From NCBI GenBank assembly GCA_964270895.1, contig OZ185441.1: a stretch of DNA of 64,000 bases. One strand, 5' to 3'. Made by a program: the position numbers and the translations under genes. The notes under the pieces were generated by a model that was given only the letters and a program-made list of their open reading frames with translations, ran no database searches and was not told where the DNA came from. The stretch is from Podarcis filfolensis. Taxonomy: Eukaryota. This document shows positions 56,900 through 64,000 of the stretch, one piece after another (position 1 is the stretch's first letter; the number at the start of each line of letters is the position of its first letter).

Positions 56900-58347
56900 T
56901 ATCACCAAAACCTGACCCTGAATGCATGTTAATCACTTGAGGACTGCAACATCAGGTGATACCTTGCATGTGCGAACGGACCGTCACGGCTTTAACAGAA
57001 CTTTAATATGTCTCCCCACATCAGCTCAAAGGCCATGCTGAAACAGGGAACCGTTCCACCCAATTGGTGCCAGTCACAAAACGTTCAGGGGGAAAGGACC
57101 GACATGGGTGGAACAGGTCTTTAGCCTCTATTTTATTTTGCCATGTAACTTTCAAAGGAAAACCCCGAACCCCAGTTTGGGGTGTGTGACAGGAGACCAG
57201 GAGGGCTTAGGATCCTTTGGATCACAGCCACTTCACAATATGCCACCCCCACCCCCACATGTCCCCCTTTTGGCAATTCTGCCATCAAAGATCTAATGTT
57301 GTTTGCGTCAGGCTTTCGGAGGAGCTAATGTCAGGAAAGTAGGTTCCAACACTGGATCTCCTCCTCTGGTGTCAGTGGGATAAAGCCAATCTATTCTGCG
57401 GCCCCTGAGATGCTAGAGACCACCGGATTGCACTTTAAATATGAAAATGGCGAAGTGCCTCTGGGGGTCCAGGCCTTGATGAGGAATTGAGCTGCTGCTG
57501 CTGCTGCTCTCTGCCAGCTCAGTCACTCTCACCCCATGATGCCCGTGACTCTGCTTCTTATGGAAATTGCTCGCTGTTCCTCCTTTTTCCAAAAAAGCTG
57601 CAGTCCCTGATGCTGATCCTCCTGAGGCTGAGGCTTGTCTTGAGTCAAGACGCACACAAGATCAGCAGGCTGCCTTGTCGAGAACAAAACAGGCAGCCAG
57701 ATGACTCACAGCCCAGAAAAGGAAAGGAAAGAGGAAGAGGTGGCTTGCTCTTGAGTCACAGAACCTTTTGCAACATAACTGTCTCCCGCTCCCCCATAAA
57801 GATATGCGTGCCACCCAGGGGTGCCTTGTTCTTCCCGCCCGTTGTGATGCTTCTTTTGCTCCCTATAGAAATGTCAAGTCCTGCTGTCCCCGGTTTTAGT
57901 TTTTTGTTTTTCCGCAGCATCTGCCTGTTTCACAGTTAAGTGTGAAACGTGCTGTGCTAATCCGGGGAGTTAGAGCTCCATCTAGTGGACATAGAAGAAG
58001 TGGCCAGAATAAGGTTTTGCAAAAAAACAAAACAAAAAACCAATCCAATGTTATGCCCAAGTTTTCCTCTGAAGGGCAAACAGCAGCTCCAGGAGGCAAT
58101 TTAGATGAGGGGAAAAGCACCACCAGGGCTGGTGGTGAAGCCCCTGGTCTATAGCCTCACCCCAACCCCATAGGCCAGCTCTGGTTATCCCTTCCCTGTG
58201 GGGATATGGGGGGGGGGGGCGCGGATGGGTGTGATTTTCAGTCCAAATAGTTTAACTGGGATAAGTGAAGAGGCTAAATAAAGGAATGGGAGAGTCAAAG
58301 CCAACATGGATGAGAAAAGCTGTTTCTCTGTCTGTAATCAACAGGGA

Positions 58348-58700
58348 GGTAAAGGTAAAGGGACCTCTGACCATTAGGTCCAGTTGTGACCGACTCTGGG
58401 GTTGTGGCACTCATCTCAGTTTATTGGCCGAGGGAGTCGGTGTAGAGCTTCCAGGTCATGTGGCCAGCATGACTAAGACGCTTCTGGCGAACCAGAGCAG
58501 CGCACGGAAACGCCATTTACCTTCCCACCGGAGTGGTTCCTATTGTCTACTTGCACTTTGATGTGCTTTCAAACTGCTAGGTTGGCAGGAGCAGGGACTG
58601 AATAATGGGAGCTCACCCCGTCGTGGGGATTCGAACCGCTGACCTTCTGATCGGTAAGCCCTAGGCTCTGTGGTTTAACCCACAGCGCCACCCGCAGCCC
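58348..58700 (-). mobile_element. Sauria SINE, full length
   Basis: Reverse complement of the same family; perfect 13-bp TSD TAATCAACAGGGA (58335..58347 and 58701..58713). Confidence 0.93.
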
Positions 58701-59583
58701 TAATCAACAGGGAAGCTAATAGTTATTCAGCTGCTACATTTGAACATTCTCCCCATACATTTGCAAATGTAAAATAGTGAGATGTTTTGAAAAGCTACTT
58801 TAAGAGACTGTAAGGAGTGTCTAGGAGGGTAGTTTTTGAAATAACTTTTCTCTCCCACACCAAAAGCTGTCCAGGTGCCATTGACAGTTCTGCCCACCCC
58901 CCTTCCCATTTTCTGAAGGCCAAAGAAGCAAAGCCTTCCTTAGAAAATGAAAAGGAAGAGGGGAGCAGAGAGAGAAAGGTTTTCAAATGGCTGTCTTGTT
59001 ACAGGTAATGGGTATCTTAGGGACCACCACCTCCTCCTTATTCACCAGAATCTCTATGGTGATCCAGGAGGCAATTTTGCAATACCATCCATTCATAGCA
59101 TTCAGTGTTGGGCAGGCTGCAACATGGGGCTTAGATGTCTGGTGAAACCCAAGTTCAAATTCCCGCTCAGCTATGAAAATCAGTGATCTAAACCTCCACC
59201 CCAACCTCTAAATTATTAAAAATGTGCTTGTTGGAGGCCAGGCCAATTCAAAATGTATCAGATGAACAACAGAGGTGGCTGCAGCACACAATTATGAAAT
59301 CCCATCTCTGTGAAAATGTATAGTTTTGTGAAACAGTCCTCTTTGAGGGTCCATGCTTGTACACCTTCTGGAAACACTATGAAAATGGAGGTGGGGACAG
59401 AGCAGTGGAAACCCTTCATAAGTTCTTTGTCTGATTATCAGCCAAATACCCAAATGGTCTTCTACTGATTTCTGAATGTGTGTTTTTTCCTGAGTAGGAG
59501 AAGGGAGCACCATGTCTGTGAATATACCTAGCGGCTGCCAATCCCTTGCCTTTCCCTCGTTATGCTGCTAACAGGCCTGCACA

Positions 59584-59783
59584 CAGAATCATAAAATTTA
59601 GACTTGGAAGGGACCCGGAGGATCATCTAGTCCAACCTGAGACCGCCCTAAGACCTCCAGGTATAAGTAGTAATAAATTCAATAAATAATAATAATCTCC
59701 TGCAATGCAGGAATTTGCAGCTATCCCATATGGGGGGACTGAACCTGCAACCTTGCACCACACTCTATCCAACTGAGCTAACC
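59584..59783 (-). mobile_element. tRNA-derived SINE with CR1-like tail, interrupted by a 60-bp L2-tail insert
   Basis: Tail 59584..59637, insert about 59638..59698, head ends with ccaactgagctaacc. Confidence 0.7.
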
Positions 59784-60271
59784 GTCTCTCATATCTAACC
59801 AGCTGCTTTTCAACTTCTTTATATATAAAAAACCATCCTTCCTTTATTTCTTTCCCCCAAGAACTCTACAGCTTATTGTGCTCATGTGTCTTAATGGCAG
59901 AATGAGTTAGCTGTGTGTCAAGAAGAGGGACGCATGTGCTCCTGAGTAGTAGGTCAGTGACCATGGCTTGTATAGTCTGCTACCAACGAGGTATAGCTTC
60001 TTTCCAGGCCTTTATGCCATTTGGAAGTAATTGCTTTTGGACAGATGGCAGGTGAACAGGGGGGCCCTGTGACCGCTTGCCTCTTCTCCGAACTCCTTGA
60101 CAAAAAGACTCACTTCTAGACAACTGCAGCTTGATTTCTCTCTCTCTCCTGAAAAACCCCAGCACTTGAATTAACTTCATTGTGAAAGACATCAGACTTG
60201 CTATTCTCCAAGTCTACGCCCAGGTCCCCTGCATTATAAAGGCTGCCAATGCCTTTCCTGATCATTGCAGG

Positions 60272-60646
60272 ATGGGGTCACCAACCTTGGTGGGTGCTTG
60301 TGCACATCTGTACACAGGAAAAATCCACTGTGGGCAACGCACACACCAGTGGTGGACTTTGGGCTCTAAAATTGGGTGGCGCCCTGCCTCTCGCCTTCCT
60401 TTGTTGTAGCACCCCTTGTGGCCCCCTCTCGGCTTGGTGTCCAGAGTGGGCGAACCGGTCATGCTCCCCTAAATCTGGCTCTGCACACAACACAGCCCGA
60501 GCACAGACTGCACTCTGTTCTATCAGCTACATTTGCAAGCTTCTTTCAAGCCAATGTCCCAAGGGGAAGAGGAGGAGGAGGCAGGAACCTTGTGGGCAAC
60601 AAGGAAGACCTCTGTGGGCATGTGGGCACCATGCTAGCAACCCCTG
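60272..60646. mobile_element. Possible hAT MITE remnant
   Basis: GGGGTCACCAACC ... GCTAGCAACCCCTG termini; no TSD found. Confidence 0.35.
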
Positions 60647-61048
60647 ATTTATTCAATTATTACTTATGACCACAAAGATTTTTTTGGCAGTTAAGATGAA
60701 GGCGTCACCTACCTCTCTAGGTGCAGGAGATTGTGGGACTGCCAATTCCCTTCGTCCCAGCATTGCATAATAGCCATTTGGCACTGGATATTCTCCCAGT
60801 GACAACTTCTTCACTAGATGCAGTGTGCAAATAATTCCGCAGTAACGCAGTTCTCATGGAAGGACAGGCAATAAAACTGCTTTGCAGGGATCACAATTCT
60901 GCAAGATCACACCCTGTATCCACTCCGTGTAAATTGCACCCCATGAATACAATTTTGAATTCCTGCCTTGGAAAATAAGTGCTTAGGATTGGATATACTA
61001 CCACTGTGATGCCAAAATGTCTTAAGGGTTTGTGTTCCTACGATGAGT

Positions 61049-61165
61049 CAGCCTTCCCCAACTTGCTGCCTTACATATATTATGGCCTACAACTCCCATC
61101 ATCTTCAGCTAGTTCACTTGCTGGTAGTCTAAAACACCTGGAGGGCACCTGGTTGGGGAAGTCTG
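61049..61165. mobile_element. Fold-back MITE
   Basis: CAGCCTTCCCCAAC / GTTGGGGAAGTCTG termini; no TSD found. Confidence 0.55.
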
Positions 61166-64000
61166 ACCTAGGTGAATTAATCACCCCTTATCAAGACTGC
61201 GTCAGCACAGCCATGACACTGAGGTTAAACCTGTACCTTTATGGAAGTGTGATGTGGAATATTGCTATGGAGAACATCACACATTCATGATCTTCTAAAT
61301 GGACTTTAGCTACCATCGTGGAACTGGCTACATCAGCAGAACCACATATTCTTAGAACTGAGAGGCAGCCTTTCATGATGAGTTCATAACTAACAGGGAG
61401 CACAGCAGGACCCCAGAGTTGAAACAAAGTATGTGGAGCAATGGAGGCCCAACTTGTGTGCTAGTGGAACTATGGGCACCTACAAAATTTGGATATCAAG
61501 TCCCCACTCTCCAGCTGTTTAAGTGGAAACAACAAATCAAAGGGTAATTTGTAGTCATTAATTTTGATGTATAGGCTTCCCTATCCAAAAGGGGTCAACA
61601 GAGGTTGTGAAATTATAACCTAAGTAAGAGGTGCTGACTGCAAAAAATAAAACCCCTGAACCTGCTAAGGCATCTTGCCAGCAGTGCTCTGTCCCTGACT
61701 GTCCCCTCTGAATTTCCATCACATACTGTACAGTGCATCCTAGATCTTTGGCAGCATTACTTAAAATCAATGAATTTATTGCCTGTACAGTTGGTAACTG
61801 TACTGACATCTAATTGTCTCCAAAATAATTTACTTTCTAACTAGCTCATTCTGTCTGTTGTCTTGTTTTCTCTCCCACCCTTCCTTTCATTTTATCTTAG
61901 AGCCGTCTTTCCCAGTCTGATGGATTTTCCCCACCAGTCTCCACTCTTCTGTTCTCTCTTTCCATCCATCTCTGCTCCTTTAATTATTGCTGAAGTTCCC
62001 CACGGGTCCATTTTCCTCCTCAGGTGCCCTCACTCCTTATCCTGCAATCTTTGCACACTACCACAACAGGAGTGCCATTTTTACACCTGCCCAAACTATT
62101 CTTTGCTTTGGATACTCACATTTCTTCTGTGCCTCTCAATTATGGGATCTTCTTGACAAGGGCTTTAGTTCGCTTTCTTTCTAAGAGGGTCTTGGCACCC
62201 TGATTTGAGTTCCATTCCAGCTCATAGATAATGGAAATCTCTTATTTTTTTTACACATTTTACAGATTTCCCTGCAACTGCAAACTCTCCCAGCTGTCTT
62301 CTAAGATTCATCAGCTCCTATATGTCTCCCAATACAGGTGTGTTGGCTGAGGCTGATGGGAATTGTAGTCAAGAACATCTGAAGTTCACATGTACTGCTA
62401 AGTCATGGTTTAATAACATATAGTTTAGCATATGTGAATGAGATGGATGTATGCCTGATATGGGCTGTTCGAACGAAGGGTCGCCTAGGTAATAAGTTAA
62501 ATGAAGAACCACCTGAAAACTTTGGAAACTGTGAATCCCCTACCCCCCCCCCACCTGAAAGATCTTGAAAGATCCTTAAATTATAAACCCAGAACCTGCT
62601 GCTTGTGTGCCTAGATAAGCAAATGAAGGCTGCTGAATATTAGTCTGAACCCTAATTTGGAATAAAAGTAACAGCAGAAGGGAGAGACATGTGATTGCAA
62701 AACGGTTCATGAATGTGTTCTGTTCCAGGCATCTGACTGTGCTGACTCTGCTGCAGAATGCACTCATCAAATCTATGGCTTTCAGCTGATGGAGTGGCAA
62801 ATAGGCCTTTGACTGTAGTTCCGTATCTGAAAGGGAAGATTTTCACCGGCAATTGGCTGAGCAAAGACCTACTCACACAATAACAGCTGTGAACCCTGCT
62901 GAGGGCATCTGTTGGGTTGTTAATACTGCTTGGGAATCATATAGCTCTGACTGTGTTTTGTTTACTAGAGAAATTCCTATGCTTTTCAACAGCGTTAAAA
63001 GATATTGTACCTCCTGTTTGTTTACATATAATGCTGGGACTGTGTTGTCTCTGTTCCCTACTGCTGATTTTCTTCCCTGCAGGGGGGCTAGCATATTGAA
63101 GGGCTTTTTTATTATTTTCATTTCAGCTGAGTTATAATAATAATAATACCAGCCTAAATGTACAAATGTGCTGTTAAAACAAAGAGCGTTGCAGGGAGCT
63201 GGGGCCTGATTCTCTCGCTATTCTTACACCAGCATCTGTAGGGAGAAACATCAACTATGGCATTTGAGAAAAGGAAAAGAGGCCTTGCAGGTAGAATCAC
63301 GAGACAATTTCCAGCCTCAGCACAAGTAACGACAATTTTAGGAAATGAGTGGGGAGCATAATGCCTCTCAGAAACAATAATAGGAATTCTGGTGGTAAGC
63401 AGGACAGTAGCTAGTCCCCCTAAATTAAGCCATTCCATCACACAGTAAAACTCTTTCTCTGCTGAAATGGAAATATTCAGGAAGCTGAATTTTTACATTC
63501 TGTGCTCTGGTGGAATTACAGGATACACAGACCATTCCCAATGAAAGAGTCACGAGCCCTGAAACACACACTTGGTTAACTGGTTCAATGCTGTCTCAAA
63601 AATGAAGTGGCACATGACTAGTTCCAGTACTGTTCAGACCTGATCAGACATTGCCTTTTGAAATATTCAGCACAATCGCTCCCTGTTATTTTCAGTATAT
63701 CTCTGGACTGCCTGATTTAGTAGGGACCAGGTTTTCCCTGTGTCATTAATTGTGATAGAAGATATATATCGCAGGTGTGTTGTCACTACTGAGGATCTCC
63801 AGTCTAAGCAATGTGTAAAGTCACAGAAACCCTGTCCTTCACTGAAGCCAACAACCCTAGCTACAATGTGAAAACTTTGTTTTCTGTGAAAGTTGGGCCA
63901 CTTAACCTTGAAACGGATCCATGTATTTCATTCACTTCCTTATGACAGACTCTTATATCTAGATAAGTTCCTTCCACCTCTGTAATAGTTGGTTTTGGCT

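Noticed and set aside
42400-64000. Exons of the expected upstream neighbour (ATP9B in mammals)
   Set aside because: No P4-ATPase-like peptide in the ORF track or by eye; the neighbour is presumably beyond the window. Very short exons could be missed.

Overview
Vertebrate genomic DNA from a squamate, probably a lacertid lizard (inferred from Sauria-type SINEs and lizard MITE/L2 families). The window holds the 5' half of NFATC1 on the minus strand. Both alternative first exons are present: exon 1-alpha (coding 37249..37267, P1 promoter near 37.8 kb) and exon 1-beta (24762..24849, P2 CpG island). They are followed by exon 2 (14651..15752, regulatory domain) and exon 3 (4858..5017, start of the Rel-homology domain). 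All splice sites are GT-AG and phase-compatible: beta+ex2+ex3 is 1350 nt (450 codons) and alpha+ex2+ex3 is 1281 nt (427 codons). The gene runs off the left edge, and no exon 4 was found. The 26 kb upstream of P1 has no recognisable coding exon. The rest is intronic or intergenic sequence rich in SINEs, L2/CR1 fragments and hAT or Tc1-mariner MITEs, with a 150-N gap. Most notable: (1) the AUG homologous to Met1 of mammalian NFATc1-alpha is out of frame and forms a 20-codon uORF, leaving only the Met37-equivalent start; (2) a NFAT/kB site cluster lies upstream of P1; (3) an orphan CpG island sits 3-4.5 kb upstream of P1; (4) there are candidate AP-1 and NFAT enhancer clusters; (5) several nested, hairpin-forming MITEs occur. 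I see no evidence of a wholly new gene system. Comparisons to mammalian sequence are from memory, and no database search was run.
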